Assembly: GCA_027923505.1 (NCBI GenBank)
Contig: BROI01000021.1
Coordinates: forward strand, 310,001-374,000
Reading direction: 5' to 3'
Source of the DNA: Mayamaea pseudoterrestris
Lineage: Eukaryota
DNA length: 64,000 bases
A program made the position numbers and the translations under genes. Below the pieces are notes generated by a model. The model was not told the DNA's origin. It was given only the letters and a program-made list of their open reading frames with translations, and searched no databases. This document shows, in pieces, positions 31,423 through 45,866 of this stretch; position 1 is the stretch's first letter; each line of letters starts with the position of its first letter.

Positions 31423-32788
31423 ATGACCGACTCATTTCCGCTTGATTCAGTCTCTTCGCAAGGATCCTTCGTGGTAGAATCGATCCTTCCGTGGGCATTG
31501 CGCATTGGGACGGTCGCCGCTGGAATCGTGGCGATTGTTGGAGGTTTTCTTTACGTCAAGCAGGAGTCTCTCTTGTACTTTCCAGAGATTGGAGGCATTC
31601 CAAAGCGGCCTACGCATAATCCAAAAGGGTACAGGTCCCCTGGAGAGCGACAAATTCCATTCAAGGATTGCGACATTGTATGTTCCGATGGTGTTCACAT
31701 CCATGCGTGGCTCATGACGTTTGATAAGGATGCACCGACCATTATTTTCTTTCATGGTGAGTCTACGACTTCGTAGTGATCGCTAATAAGGCACTGCTCT
31801 GTCGAGTTTGGTCGACTGGGTGTGACGATTGCACTTTGCACTCCTTTCTCGCGGTTACTCTCACAACTCACAACTTATATCCGCTTGTCATTTTTATTTG
31901 CAGGCAATGCTGGGAATATTGGGCTACGGCTACCGAATGCAATTCAAATGAGATCGTATTTGCAGTGTAACATTCTTATGGTAGAATATCGCGGCTATGG
32001 CGAGAGTGACAATGTGCCACCGAGCGAGGCCGGTCTCAAGTTAGACGCGCAAGGAGGTATGTACAAACAACCTGACGCTGCAGAATAAGTGGAAATGATC
32101 ATCATCTAAATGATTGGGATGGCAACGTGATATAAGCTAACGTTTTGCATCTTTTTAATCGTCGTCAGCTCTCCAATACGCTGTCAAGTTCGCCGATCAG
32201 CTAGAGATCGATGCGTCCAAGCTCTTTCTATTTGGACGATCTTTGGGAGGCGCTGTAGCGTTCGATTTAGCCGACTATGCGAGGCGGGAAAACATTCCGT
32301 TGCGTGGAGTCATGGTGGAGAATACCTTTCTCAGCATATCGGCCATGGTTGACAAGCTCATGCCTTTTCTCAAGCCGATCAAGCCATTTGTGTTGCGGCT
32401 CAGTTGGGATTCGACAAAGATTGTCCCTTCTTTGAACTTACCTATTTTATTCTTGGCTGGAAGCAAAGACGAGTTGGTGCCGCACGAGCATATGCAGCAT
32501 TTAATGCTCATGGCGCAAGCTTCGCGTCTCAAGCAGTTTCACGTCATTGACGGAGGAACACATAATGAGAGTTGGATCCAGGGTGGGGCAGAGTATTGGA
32601 ACGCCATGAAGTCATTCATGGTGCAGGCCATGCAAGGGACGAGTGGCGAACGAATATCGGCGTCGCCAAATGCTGGATTTGTGGCCCCGTCCGCTGAAGC
32701 TACCATACCCACAATGTCATCCAACTTTGGTGCCATAATTTCCGGCCACGCCGTTATTGCTCCACCACAAGTAAAGAAGGAAAAATAA
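31423..32788 (+). CDS. Alpha/beta hydrolase ABHD13/BEM46-like; introns 31757-31903 and 32057-32168
   Basis: N-terminal TM, KQESLLYFP, FFH|GNAGNIG.RL, EYRGYGES...PSEAGLKLDA, nucleophile GRSLGG, KDELVP, GTHNE. Confidence 0.9.
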
Positions 32789-32836
32789 GGCACGCATGGC
32801 GTATCTATCTAGTACATTTATAGCATAGCGTATGTA

Positions 32837-33967
32837 CTATTCTAATGATTTTTTCGTGGCCGCCAGCATACCATACTCCATTAGCCCTCGCTTAAACGCT
32901 CGATGCATTCGTTCGAGGCAGTAAGCGTCGCGGAATATCTTCAGGTATTTGCGTACCTTAAATATCCAGCCAAATGGATCGTAGACACCCACCCAAATAG
33001 AATGCCGCCAGGACGGAATGGTGTTCTTAACCCAGTCAGCCGTCTTGACCTGACCCATTACACCTGTGTTATCAATCAGCTTTTTAAAAGCGTCTATTGA
33101 TACAAAGTATGGATGCGTCCATTCCTCGTACAAAAATTTCAGGTCACGCTTGTCGCGCTCGTCAAAAGGAACCTTGCTATCGTCCCGTTGACACCAGCAG
33201 GCCATGACGAACTTGCCGCCTGGCTTTAAAACACGCATCATTTCGTCAATATACTTCTTCTTGTCCGGCATGTGCTCTCCGGACTCACATGCCCACACAA
33301 TGTCAAAGGAGTTGTCGGGGAAATCCATGTTGAGTGCATCCATGACCATGAATTTGGTCGACGATGCAACACCTTGCTCCTGCGCCAGCTGCGTCCCCCG
33401 CTCCACCTGCTTGGGGCTCAGCGTAATGCCAGTCACGTGAGACTCGCTTCCCAAAGCCTTGGCTAGATACCGTGAGGTTCCCCCGAAGCCACAACCAACG
33501 TCGAGTACCTTGGCTTGCCGATTGTCGGCCGGGTCAATATTTCCAAACTTCATCATTTCGTCGATGAAATCATATTTGGCCTGTATAAAGTTCTTCTTCT
33601 TATAGCCTCGTTTCATTTCCTCGTCCGAATAGTAACCCAAATGTATATGTTCTCCCCAGTAATATTCAAGAATGCCGTCCGTCGTCCATTCATCATACTC
33701 GTCGCCGACTGTGCCTTCGCCATAGGTTCGTGAAGGTCGATCCAAAATGAGCTTGACACCAGCTGTTCCTGCTAAAGCCACGGTAGCAATGGCTGCCGTC
33801 GCCTTAATGGCAACCTTAGGAACGATTGCATTCATGTGAATTGCTGTGCCAGTCCTTTTTGATTGTCGTTCCGATGACGACAATTGGCGCGGTGCGAACG
33901 CATGGGATGATCCGACCACCAATGCCAACGTCGCTATTGAGACGACGCTTCGATGAGAAAATGGCAT
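32837..33967 (-). CDS. MPBQ/MSBQ methyltransferase, cyanobacterial type (gamma-TMT family), plastid-targeted
   Basis: YDEWTTDGILEYYWGEHIHLGYY, AKYDFIDEM, SAM motif VLDVGCGFGG, ESGEHMPDK. Presequence SHA-FAP. Confidence 0.85.
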   Translation of the reverse strand: MPFSHRSVVSIATLALVVGSSHAFAPRQLSSSERQSKRTGTAIHMNAIVPKVAIKATAAIATVALAGTAGVKLILDRPSRTYGEGTVGDEYDEWTTDGILEYYWGEHIHLGYYSDEEMKRGYKKKNFIQAKYDFIDEMMKFGNIDPADNRQAKVLDVGCGFGGTSRYLAKALGSESHVTGITLSPKQVERGTQLAQEQGVASSTKFMVMDALNMDFPDNSFDIVWACESGEHMPDKKKYIDEMMRVLKPGGKFVMACWCQRDDSKVPFDERDKRDLKFLYEEWTHPYFVSIDAFKKLIDNTGVMGQVKTADWVKNTIPSWRHSIWVGVYDPFGWIFKVRKYLKIFRDAYCLERMHRAFKRGLMEYGMLAATKKSLE

Positions 33968-34320
33968 ACTTTGCTCAAGTACACGACTAGTAACCTTGCA
34001 CTGCCTTTAAATGCTTTTGAACTGCAGTACAAAGCTGCGTCGATATAGTGAATCATCCAGGAAGGAGGAAGACGAGCGAAAGAAGTTGTGAGCGCGATGA
34101 TGCGTTTTAAACTATGAAGCATACTGTACTTTGCATACGCACGCCGAAACGTCCACACGTCATCTGCGCGAGCCAGCCTGCCTCGCACCATTCCACTCAC
34201 ATTTTCATCCGCCTAAAATTTGACGCCGCCGAACGTTGGATCTTGGCCAGTCCATGCGCACCTTTTGCTGTCATTTCCTGTTTTCCTTTTGAAACAAAAG
34301 AAGAAAGCGAGCAAAAAGCT

Positions 34321-37300
34321 ATGATGGATTTAGTCGAGAAGGATCAACAGCTTAAGGTCTTTGTCAAGGACCCAACGTTCTCGTGGCTTCCAGCAACAAT
34401 TATCGAAACGGATGGAGCAGACCGCGTCAACGTGCAAATCCAGCTTCCATTAGATTGGAATAAAACGACTATGGCTACCAAAAAAACTGCAGCCGTTGAC
34501 AAGACGGAATGGTGGGTCGATTTGAACGACTATCACAATCACCAGCTGCCCCTGCAGAATTCAAAATCGGTTCGCGACATCGCCGAACTTGCGCACTTGC
34601 ACGAGGCGGCGATTCTTTACCAAATCAAGGCACGACATGCGCTGCAAAAGCCCTATACTAGAGTCGGAGAAATCATCATTGCAGTCAATCCCTGCCAGTG
34701 GATAGATGGCCTGTACTCGCAAGATCTACAGCGGCTCTACGCCAAGCACTTCGTCTGGCAAGGTATGTACCAAATAATAGCGAATGGGCGATTGATATTT
34801 ATTGTTGCACATTCTTAAGTTCATATATGCATTTCCCCATTTGATTCAGTCCCAGTGGGCGGCGATGAGGAAACTTCGTCGGAAGAGAAGAAGGATGAAA
34901 ATGTCATGGCGACATCGTCGACGAGCTTTGAAAGCTTTTACGACCGACTTGGACACGAGCCTCACATTTATGAAGTATCAGCTTCTGCATATCGAGGCCT
35001 TACTTTGGATGGGCAAGATCAAACAATTCTCGTTTCGGGTGAGTCTGGCGCCGGCAAGACGGAAACGGTAAAGCTGGTACTTGGTCACCTGTCGACAATC
35101 GACATGGCTGCCTTGTGTGCCGACATCTCACCCAAGAACAAATTCAACGAAGACATGATCAACTACGTCGTCGAAAGTTCCCCCGTCTTTGAAGCATTCG
35201 GCAACGCGAGGACATGCAGCAACCACAACAGCTCGCGCTTCGGCAAAGTGACGCGCCTTCATTTTGGACTCGGAGAAGTTGGCATGTACAGCCTCGCCGG
35301 CTCAAGCTTTGTCACATATCTCCTTGAAACGAGTCGTGTTGCGTACCACTCTCCCGGAGAACGCAACTTCCATATTTTCTATCAGCTACTCGCCGCCTCA
35401 AACTTGTTCAAGGCTGAGACTCTCGGCGAAGAATGGGCTGGTGCATCCGTCAATGACTTTCGCTATCTGTCAGGGACTTCCGAATGTGGAAGTCCGGGAG
35501 CAACAGACGCAAAAATGTGGGACAATACGTTAAATGCGCTTGAATTCTTTGACTGGCGAGGTAACGCTTTAAGTATGTTGCTAAAGTCGTTGGGGATTAT
35601 TTTGCGGCTTGGTAACCTCGGATTCGGGGAGCTCAGCGAAGGGGAAGCTCGGATTGAAACGAGAGACGAGCTTCAAATGCTGGCGGATATTATGGGTATA
35701 CCTGGTGACATAATTGAAAGTGCTATGACCCGTAGATCTCTGAAAACGCGACAGGACGAGTTAAGCGTACCGCTCAGCTGTGAATCCGCCAAGGAAGGGT
35801 GCGATGCCTTGGCAAAGAAAATATACTGTCGCATCTTTGCCTCGATTGTTAGAAAAATTAACGAACAGACGGCACCTTCAAATGCAATCCAGTGCAACGG
35901 AACTATTTCGTTGGTCGACATTTTTGGATTTGAACGATTCAGCGTAAATCGCTTTGAGCAACTATGCATCAACTACACCAACGAAAAGCTCCAGTACAAA
36001 TATGTTGAAGACAATCTTCAACGTCACCGAATCGAGTACGAGCGTGAAGGGTTGGAACTATTTGATATGAAGCAGTTTGATAACACTGACGTTCTTGAAC
36101 TCTTCGAGGGTCCTAAAGGGATAATAAATTCACTCAGCGAAGAAAGTGTTCGTCCTAACGGAAACAACGCGGTACGTAACAGTTCCTTTTGCGTTAGAGA
36201 CAATCAGATTATAAACATTTCTGACCTGCTATTTTTCCAGTCGTTTGTATTCAAGGTCAAAGCAGCTTACAAGAGTCACAATCGCCTCATCGACGAGAAG
36301 CTTCATATGAAAATTGAATTTGGCATTAGCCATTATGCAGGATCAGTTATTTACGATGCGTCCGAATTCATCGAACGGAATTCAGACAAGCTACCTGACT
36401 CGCTGCTTCATCTGGCTACAAAAAGTTCGAACGCATTAGTGGCGCTTGAGTTCAGCGAACTTGTTCGTCTTCAGGTACAGGACGATGCAGCGGACAGTAC
36501 ACGGAAAACAAAAATAACAACAGTGATGGAGCGCTTTCGTAGTCAGCTCCGAGATTTGGTGGAAGAGATGTCTGAGACTCACGTCAGATATATTCGCTGC
36601 ATCAAGCCTTGCGAGACGATGGATCCAACAGCCGTCGATCATGGTACCGTGATGCGACAATTGAAATGCGCAGGGCTTGTTACAGCGATCGAGATCACCC
36701 GAGAAACATTTCCAAACAAACTTCCGTTCCGAGCAGTTGAAGAGCGCTTTAAATGCTTACTCGACCAGAAAAAGATGAAGATGATGACGACAATGGAACC
36801 GGAAGAGAGATGTCAGTTTATGATGGCCACTCTGTATGCGCCCGCAATCAAGAAATTCAGTACCAGCAATTTCACAATGCCATACGCATGTGGTAAAACG
36901 AAAGTCTTTTACAGAGCTGGGTCATTAGAAATACTCGAAACGGCACGCCACGAATACTTGTCGGCCAGGGCAACCTTGCTTCAAACCTGGTTAAGAAAGG
37001 TTGCAGAGTTGTCGCGCTATCGAATGGCACGTCAGGGAATTATCAACATACAAGCGACATGGCGCACTGTCAGAGCAAGTTTGGCGTTAATGCGGCTAAG
37101 GGCAGCTACAATTCAGCTCCAGACTTGGCTTCGGTGCCGTTTGAGGCGTCTTCATTACCGCATGATGCTAGAACAAGGAGCGCGGTTAACATCAGTGTGT
37201 CGTCAGCTTCTTCATTGCCGCCGCCAATATATCATGTGCATTGCAATTGAACAGGAAAAGGCTACAGTCATGCATCAAAGTATCAAGGGCATCGTCGCCC

Positions 37301-38649
37301 TTCAGGCTGCATTCAGATCGAAAAGAGCCCAAGATTGCATGATGATTCAAAGGGGCGCCGCTCTTTTCATTCGGAACTGGTACATCCATGTAAAACATAC
37401 CAAGACTATGTGCGAAACAAAAAATACTCGGCATGCCTTCGCGGAGACCGATTCGTTGCGACAAGCATCCGATGCAGGTGCCATTCTTTCCGACATCGCT
37501 ACAAAACAGGCCAAAGCAGTGCAACAGAGTCTGTCTGCTCCGCGAGGGCAGGTAGGCAAGATTCGACATCGCTCTGCCACAGTCATTCAGGCCTGGGTAA
37601 GGAGATTTCGCGATTTTGAAAATTATGTTCGGTTGCTATCATCTCTTGCGTGTCTTCAGACTCGGTATAGATACATTCGAGCGCGAGGCAAGCCCTTACT
37701 TATGCGAGGAAAGGGTGACATACCAAAGGTGGTAGAAGTAAAGACGAATTCGTCTGTAAGCACATCATTTCACGACGATCTGGATCGTCAACCTGGTGGC
37801 TCTCCAGACACAGAAGAGCGCACTAGATTTGTCAACAAGGAACACGACGTCCACGAAGAACAGTTGATGAGAGAACTCACAGACCAGAAGGCGAAAGTGT
37901 TGGCTCTAGAGCAGGAAATTGCTCAAATGAGAGATGATGCTGAGCGGCACGCGCAAGAGATTGAAGCCGACTTTGATGATAGGATAAGCGGTTACGAGGA
38001 AGAGGTCCTGCTGCTCAAGCAAGATGCTTACCGACTCGAAGGCGAAAAGGAAATGCACGCCAAAGAAATGAGAGAAGCAGACGAAGCACACAAAAAGAGT
38101 ATCCAGAGGCTGCAGTACGAAATACAAAAGATCCAAAGCTCTCACCGAGATTATCTCGACAAGATCATGGCACTTCTCGACGATACGGAGGCAGCGCAAA
38201 AGCTACAAACCAACCGAATTAGCGAAGAATTAGAAGCTATAAAACGTGACCGGGACATGAAGGTAGGAAGTTTGAAAGAAGAAATTAAGTTGCTCCGTGG
38301 CATCGGCTTTGGTTCAAAGAATCTCAAGCAACCTATGTCAGAGAGTGCACAGCGGCTTTCCAGAAAGTTGTATGCTATTCTTGCTCCCGACAATCTTCTT
38401 TTGCTAGCTAAAGAAGCGCTTCAACAGCAAAAAGGAACGCCTCAGCTTTACATTGAAGAAAACTTCTCATCGAAAGCGCGTAACATGATATCCTACCTCG
38501 AAGAAATAGTCTCGGTTGCCGAATATGAAGTCAGTGATGCGCGAAATAAGTGTTCTGTCGTTGATAGCCAAGTAGGAGCGTTGCAGCAACAACTTGTATG
38601 CGCCTATGAGGAGCTAGAATACTCCCGAGATGGAAAGCAGTTTCGATAA
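34321..38649 (+). CDS. Unconventional myosin heavy chain (motor, multiple IQ motifs, coiled-coil tail); introns 34763-34849 and probably 36172-36240
   Basis: LHEAAIL...YTRVG.IIIAVNP, P-loop GESGAGKTE, EAFGNART..NHNSSRFGK, DIFGFE, FEQLCINYTNEKLQ, YIRCIKP, IQxxWR repeats. Confidence 0.93.
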
Positions 38650-38799
38650 TTTGTAATAACAAGCAATTATAACTCTTAGTCTCTCAACGTATATGTATAT
38701 ATAAGCAGACACAATATGGATACATGAGAAGCGAGAAGGTAACGCGCGACCACCGACTCAATACGGAACACCATAACATCAGCCGCGCGGAAAAGATTA

Positions 38800-41700
38800 C
38801 TAGTCGTCGAGTCCTCCACCGACAATGCCAGCACGGCTTCCACCGGGTGGCATACATGACCGCGCCACGCTTTCAAAAACCTTCTCGATTTCCGTCGCAC
38901 ATCGCGTAAAAGGATAGGTCCAAAAGCCGTACTGCCGATTTTTAATCAGTTCAATGAAAGTGCACAGCAAGCCCCACGGATGCGGCCGGTTGACGATCAA
39001 TCTCTCCAACAGAATACGTGTAATTTGCTCCTTCACAGCGACATTCGTTGTTTCGCCAAAGACGTACAACATCACGCATGAGAAGTAATGCGTATGGCTC
39101 GATGGGTAACGAAGCTGGTTAGCGATAGCATTAATCGCCGTGTAACGTCCGCGGTCATCAAACTCCATCAGCTTGAATATAATTTCCATGTCAGGGGTTC
39201 TCGATGAAAGTGCAATCTGCCCGTTTTGACGCTGCGCCAGAGCGTGTGCCCCAACGTAGACGATCAGAGAGCTTATCTTTGCAGCATCCACTTCAGCGGT
39301 TCCATCTTTGAGCAGCATGGGCAAAAGGTTGGCCAAGACGTTTCTGTGCTGCCCGTCATTGAGGAAAGCATCAAGATGTGACCTGAACGATTCAATTGGT
39401 CCCAGTACGTTCGAGAGAATGACCGGATTCTGCGAGATTTCAGCCAGCATATCGAATTTAAGATTAGGAGTGAACGGATCAGGCGGAGACATCCCCTTGG
39501 GTGTGGCGGAGAGCAAGATGTTCCGAAGCTGGATGGAATTGTCAGGAATCACGTTGCAGAGTGAAATGTGATAGGCAGCAAGGAATGAAGGGAAGTCATG
39601 GAGTAACATAAGAAAAACACGAAGCGTCCCTTCATACAGCTTCTTGATTGGCGGCAGCAGCTCGAGGCGACGCAAATACGGTTCCAAAAAGAGCAAATGA
39701 TCCACAAACAGGTGATGCATTATATTCCATCCCTTTTGGCCAGGGTGGAGAAGGGCGTTGGGAAGGAAATGTCTGTGCGATACCAACTCAAACCAGGCAA
39801 ATGCAAAGCCTGTGCGTAAGAGTTGTGAGATTGAAGAGTATCGGTACATTGGACATCAACACAATTCTACAAGTATGACATACCTGGCATGACAAGTGGT
39901 TGGCACACGTGAAACGTAGCCCCAAACAAACTTAGCACAGCAAGGCGAATTGGTTCAAACACGGGATCTGGTTTGTTCAAATCAATGAGTAAATTCATGA
40001 ATAGTCTGAACCATGGGCGTTGGTCCCAGATTCCTTTGTTTGTGGCCTTCGTGTGCTCATTGTGCCACATCATAGTGCGAACGGATGCGCCCAGAATTTT
40101 GTTGAGAAGCCCTAATCTCTGCTTGTCCACTTGCTCTGACGATCCACCCGTATTTAAATGACGGACAATTGTCACCAGCAGTCTTGAGTACATATCAATG
40201 ACCGTATAATTTAGAACGGCCTGAGCGCCATCGCCAGCTGACGCATTATTCAAAACAGCGTCAACCACAGTCAGCAGTGCCAGACGAAAGAAGCGCTCCG
40301 TCTGATCGTCAGCTTTACCAATGCCAAGCTGTTGTAACACTTGCAAAAAATGGGCAACAGTAGTGTCACTCCCGACAGAGTCGGTTTGAAGTCGTACCCA
40401 GCTCTCTAACAATGCCGTAACTTGCTGACGAGCCTTTTGCGAATCGGAGCGCGCAAAAGCTTCTGTCGAGGCCGCCACTCTGGTGGTCGCTAAAGTTAGT
40501 GATGTCAACGAAATTCGTGACAAACTGCTGTTTTCCTCAATTGACAGACTCTTTGGTGGCTGCTCAACAATAGAAGCAGCAACTGGCGCCGTGTGACTCA
40601 ACCTCATTTCATCCAGCATGCCTGCAATGGGCTTCTGGTATCGCTGGACAACTTGCGGTGGAGCCTGGCTTCGGCCATCGGCGATTTTTGTCATCAGGTC
40701 CATTAGTTTCGGGAAATCAACAGGCGCAGCTATTCGTTCCAAAAATGCTGTTCGAATGAACAAGAGTGAAAATTCGACCCAAATCGGATTGCGTCCGCTG
40801 TCGGCTCTGGCCGCTAAAAACATGTCAAGGTCCTGCACTGAAAGCAAGCGACTTCGAACCAGAAGAAGCAAGACAGTTCGATGTAGTCGGCGCTGCAGCT
40901 CAGTGTTCGTTGGAGCGTAGGTCGCCCAGGTTCCCATATCTTTTCCCAACTTTGGACAATAAATGTTAATGTTCTCCAATAATGCCACTAATGCTTCCAA
41001 ACGAAGCGGTTCGTTTAAGCTCAGCTCATACAGTCGCTTGAAGACTCCTTGAGAAAATGTAAGAACAACTTCATGCTCCGTCGTGGTAAGGCTTCGAGAT
41101 GCGCCACCAGCAGGACCGGCGTTAGGAAGTACTTTACTCACTGCATTCAGCAGCTGGCGGATCTGGTGGTCAGCGGGAAGCATATCCAATTTTATTTCAC
41201 GAGCTCGAGACCCTGCGACCGACAAGATGGAGGTGACAGCTGAATCCAACTTAGCAGCGAGGGCATTAAGAACTTCTGCTCCAAACTGGTGACTACCGAT
41301 TGGCTTTGTATGTGTGTCAATATCGCTGCTTCCGAGAGAGTTAGATGAAGACGTTCTAGAAGGCGCGACCCCTGTTCCTACGGATGCGACAGAATTAGCC
41401 TGTGAAGCAGCCGCATGCCCTGATAATCGTTGAAAGCTTTCGTAGAGTTGGTAATGTTCCGGCTTGAGACCTCCTGGTTTGGGGCGGAGTGCATCAGGCA
41501 ACGATGCTGGAAAACGATTACCATTCGAGAAAATCGACATATCGTAGTAGGGCTGGCCAGTCTGGTCGCGATGATTGCGCCGCGCTCCCACAGCAGACGC
41601 CAACGCCTCTTCAATCTCCCGAACGGCCTTCTCCGTCGCTGCCTTTTCAATTAGCATGCAGCCCAGTTCCAAGTTATCAGTGGCGCATATCTGAACACAT

Positions 41701-44700
41701 TGCTCAATCACGTTCTGCTCTTGCTCGCCAAGCTTGTCTGAACGCCCGAGACTGCTAGTCAACAACTGCCGAAGGTGAGTAGACACGCTTGAACGCAGCG
41801 GCTCTCTGCATGTGACAAGTGCCAGACTACCAGCAAGGTTAGCGACCATAAGTTGACCTGCCTTTCTCAACTTGCCCTCGTCGCTCTCCATCGCGAAGTC
41901 TTTCGTTACGATTTCTTTGGTTGTAATACACGCGATGGTGACACTGCGCTCAACGACTGGTTGAATAATCTCGCGAATCGCTCGATCTAATGCAACCGGA
42001 ACCACTTTCTTGAGCACGACGAAGGTCAAACCTGCTAGTCCCGCACCACCCTGTGACTGCAACAGCTGCGTCAAATTTGGATTTACTGTGACATATGAAG
42101 CCAAGTTAGGAATCATCGTATCTTGCTGATCACCCAATCTATTGGCTTCAGAAACAGATGGAAGAGGTAGCGTCAAAGTATGCGCATCCGGACTCCCAAT
42201 AGCCCGTACTGAAGGCAATCCTGTAGTTGATGCAACTGGTTTCTGCGCGACACTGGTGGGCTTAATGTTAAAGTCGGGGTTACGATCCTTCACTGCAGGA
42301 ATACGACCGCCAAGAATGTTGATACGAAGCGGTATGTCTTCCAATTTAATGCCAAGATTTTTGCATAATACTTCAACCTCGAACTTGATATTCATCTTCA
42401 ACCCATCCACATTGTAAACAGACCGAAAAACAGCGAGTATGCTCATGACCCAAGGGTTTGGCGGACGGAAAATGATAGACGTTTTACACCCTTCAATGGT
42501 CTTTGCAAGAAAAGGCGCCACAGCAATCAATTTGCCCGTCTCGTAACCTTGAAGTAATAGCTCTTTGCAGTCTAACATGATTTGGAGAATCGGGCGGTTC
42601 TTCGCTAGAGTAATCTGACCTAACCATATACCGAGATTCTTCAAATAACTTCGCTCTGACGACGAAGTCGTAATCTTCGGCGACCGCAACAGTTTCCCAA
42701 TGTTGTGATACACGCTGTTTAAGATCGCTTCCGTGAGACCCTTGCCGTATTCGCCCAGATTGTCAAGGAACGACAGATAAAGAGAATGGAAGTTGGCTTG
42801 AGTACTGATGCGTTTTACCACAAGAAAATGGCCGAGCCAACCGAAGTATTTTGGCTCAAGCATGTCCTTCAACTCTTTCGCCTTTTGCTCAATGTTCGAT
42901 GGCGCAAGATTATTAACGAGGAACTGCACACGGTCCAGCACAGCGTCGGGAGGCGCCTCAAACTCCTTGTCAGCATCGGCGACATCATTAACGGCTCGCC
43001 CCAGTTTCGGCCCGAATTCGGCCACACGAACTGTTTCGATTTCAACCGGCAAATCCGGAACTATTTGGACTTCTCGACTTGTCGACGATACAGAAGCATC
43101 GATAGCCGGAGTCGGAACTGGTCCACTTCCTGCGGAAGCCGCAGCGCGAGCTTGACTTTTCGCCATTTCGGATTCAATTTCAGCCACAAGATCAGCGTAA
43201 CCTTCCTTCAAATGCGGAATTTGCACAATGTGCGAGCAGTACTGTGGCCATTCATGAAGCCGCCCTTTGAACTGCTCTAGAGCAAACATGCCGAATTTAA
43301 ACATTTTCCCACCACTTGTGGTCGCCCCGGGTGGCGACGGAGGCTTTCGAAGCGCTTCGAGTACATACCGGAGGGCAATTCCCAATGTAATGCTGCTAAC
43401 CAACTGCTCCTGGATGAGAGCGCCAAATAGAATTCCAGTTATGCGAAGTTCTTTTTCAGGGTACTTGGAGAAGAACCGATACTCGTCAAAGAGGTTATGA
43501 ACCATGCAGGCGAAGATCTCGTTCTCTTTTGTGTTCCCAGAAGACTTGAACCTTTTCAACATCTCCACGACTTCGCCGATACTTTGCTCCGACGTATATA
43601 TCTTTTGAAAATAAGCAGTGGCCATTTCTTCGACATCATCCGACGCAGGGGGCATGCCCATGCCAGTTGTTCCAACTCCTGTACCGACATTTCCTATGCC
43701 CCGGTTTTGAACCGCCAAGACGCCACGAAGCGAAGGAAAGCGAGCGACACAGGCTTCAATCAGCGACTTAATGTTCTCGCCAAGAGTCGCCCCGTAGCTC
43801 ATTGTCCCCAAACCGGAAACATTTTGATTCAAAAGACCAGGGTCCAAGACCAGCAAGAGCTGCAACGAAATAGCGATATTCTCAATGCTCACGAAAGGTT
43901 TGCTATTCCCATCAGTTCCCGATCCTCCCACTCGTGGACCCGCTGTCATGTAGTTCTTGCGTAGAAACGCGACGATAGCTACAGCGAATGCCCCCACTGT
44001 ATTTTTGGACAGGAACTTCTCATTCAGCCATGGCTTCAATTGCAAGTAATCGTTATCCGCCATGACAAAAGCGACAGCAATGCTAAACTCCGCATCCTTA
44101 TTGCCGTTCAAAAGGGACGCCACCGCGTCCGTAGGCGAAGGTAAAAGTCTCGCTATATTGATGATATGCATAATACCAGCATACCGCACATGTGGAGGGT
44201 CCCCTGCCGTGTGGCGCCACGCCTCGAAGCAAGCAGCAGTGACAGTCGACGGCGATATGGCGTAGAGTCGGCATAAAGCAGCCGGTCCATTTTGTACCCG
44301 ATGCTGGCCATTCGGTCGAAAAAACAGCGGAATCAATTCTCGCATTAATTCCGCCTTGATCTGCAGACCACTATTGACAATGACATCGCTCCCAGGTTCT
44401 CCTTGCGCCGCAGCATTCGCGGCACTCAGCTGGAATCTGACTAATGAGCACAACAAAACCTCGGGACAGCTCAGCAAGCATTTGACAAAGAGGTCTCGTA
44501 CGCGACGGTACAGAGCTGGATTGTCTGAAAGGTACAAAAGACGCTGCAGAACTTGAAAAGATGCCCAAAACTGCACATTGGGAGCCGAGTTATCTCCCGC
44601 TGGCGGAGCAACCGCTGCATCATTCATCTCTTCGTCGTTCAATGGTACGACAAAAAGATTTGATGGAGTGGCGGCAATGCATTCCAACACCGACAACTGT

Positions 44701-45866
44701 CCTTCTCCCATCATCCAAGTAGACGTAAACGCGCTCAACGGCGGGTTCGTCGTCGCCCCGGCGCGATACAAATCAAGCAGCGTCCGAAATTGGTTGACAT
44801 CCTTCATGCGAAAATTCGGCATATCCCACATTCGAGCGACCATTGTCCAGTCCTTGTTGGCGTAATCCTCGCTCAAGACTTGCGCGACAACCTTGAGGTT
44901 CCATCCACCGTTAGATGACGCAGCTACATCATGACCACCGCGGCCCGAGAGAATGCTGCTCAAAAGCGCCGACGACATTAACGCATTCTGCTGGTCACCC
45001 GTCGTCGCATTGGCCTTATCTGAGAAGAAGTAAATGAGCAAGGCGAGCGATGCTTCATTCATCTGTCCATTTGTCATGGAAACATCCTGCAGAATTTCGC
45101 GGAGCGTTGCTGGCGATCGCGTGCACGACGGACCAACGTCAGACAAAATAGCAGCCAAATTGTTCTCCGACAGTACCGGGTGAAGATTATTGTGGAAACC
45201 TGACGAAAGGTTATTGCTAGACATTTCGATGGTAGACGTGTTTGTAAGTTGCGTTACTTCCGCTCGCAAACGTTCCTGTAGGCTTGTAATTCGAGCTTGA
45301 TCGTCTATCAAAGCTGAATGCTTGTTTAATACAATAGAAATTGCTTGCTTTGCGCTCGGACTCCAAGTTCGTATAGTCTCTGGCGTAGCGTTGCCGACAA
45401 TGTCTCGCAGTTCAAGAGCTTGCGATGCAGTGTTGGCAGAGTAGTCTTTCCCAACTGAATCAATCTGAATGAATGACAGGAAAAGAGAAGAATTATGATT
45501 AGAATACATAATTGAAAGAGGTGAGCCGAAGAGAGGACGAAGCCTTTCCATGCTATTGCGAAACAGACCAATTGGCAATTCGCAACATCTGCTCGCGTCA
45601 AGTGACACACGTACCAGAAACCGAATAAACTGTTCCTGCACTTGATGTGGTGAAAAAATCAGCTGCTTCCTCACAGCCTTGCCGTAGGCTTCGACGAGGA
45701 GAGCCCCGACGCGGGGCGCTACAAAGGCTGTCCCAGTCGGCGTGCTCTGCTGCTGCGATGATACTCGACGAAGCAAAACACTGCGGGTCGGATCAAAGTC
45801 CGCTCGTGACGATTCCGTATTGGAGTTTTGGGTTTGATCGTTCTGTCTTGCAGCACCTGAGCTCAT
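38800..45866 (-). CDS. CNOT1: CCR4-NOT scaffold subunit NOT1; introns 39810-39883 and probably 45465-45614; 5' end uncertain
   Basis: CMVHNLFDEYRFFSKYPEKELRITGILFG, LRYVLEALR, KMFKFG..ALEQF, FRPPNPW, LVTCREPLR, ANQLRYPSSHTHYFS, LLERLIVNRPHPWGLL. Confidence 0.95.
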
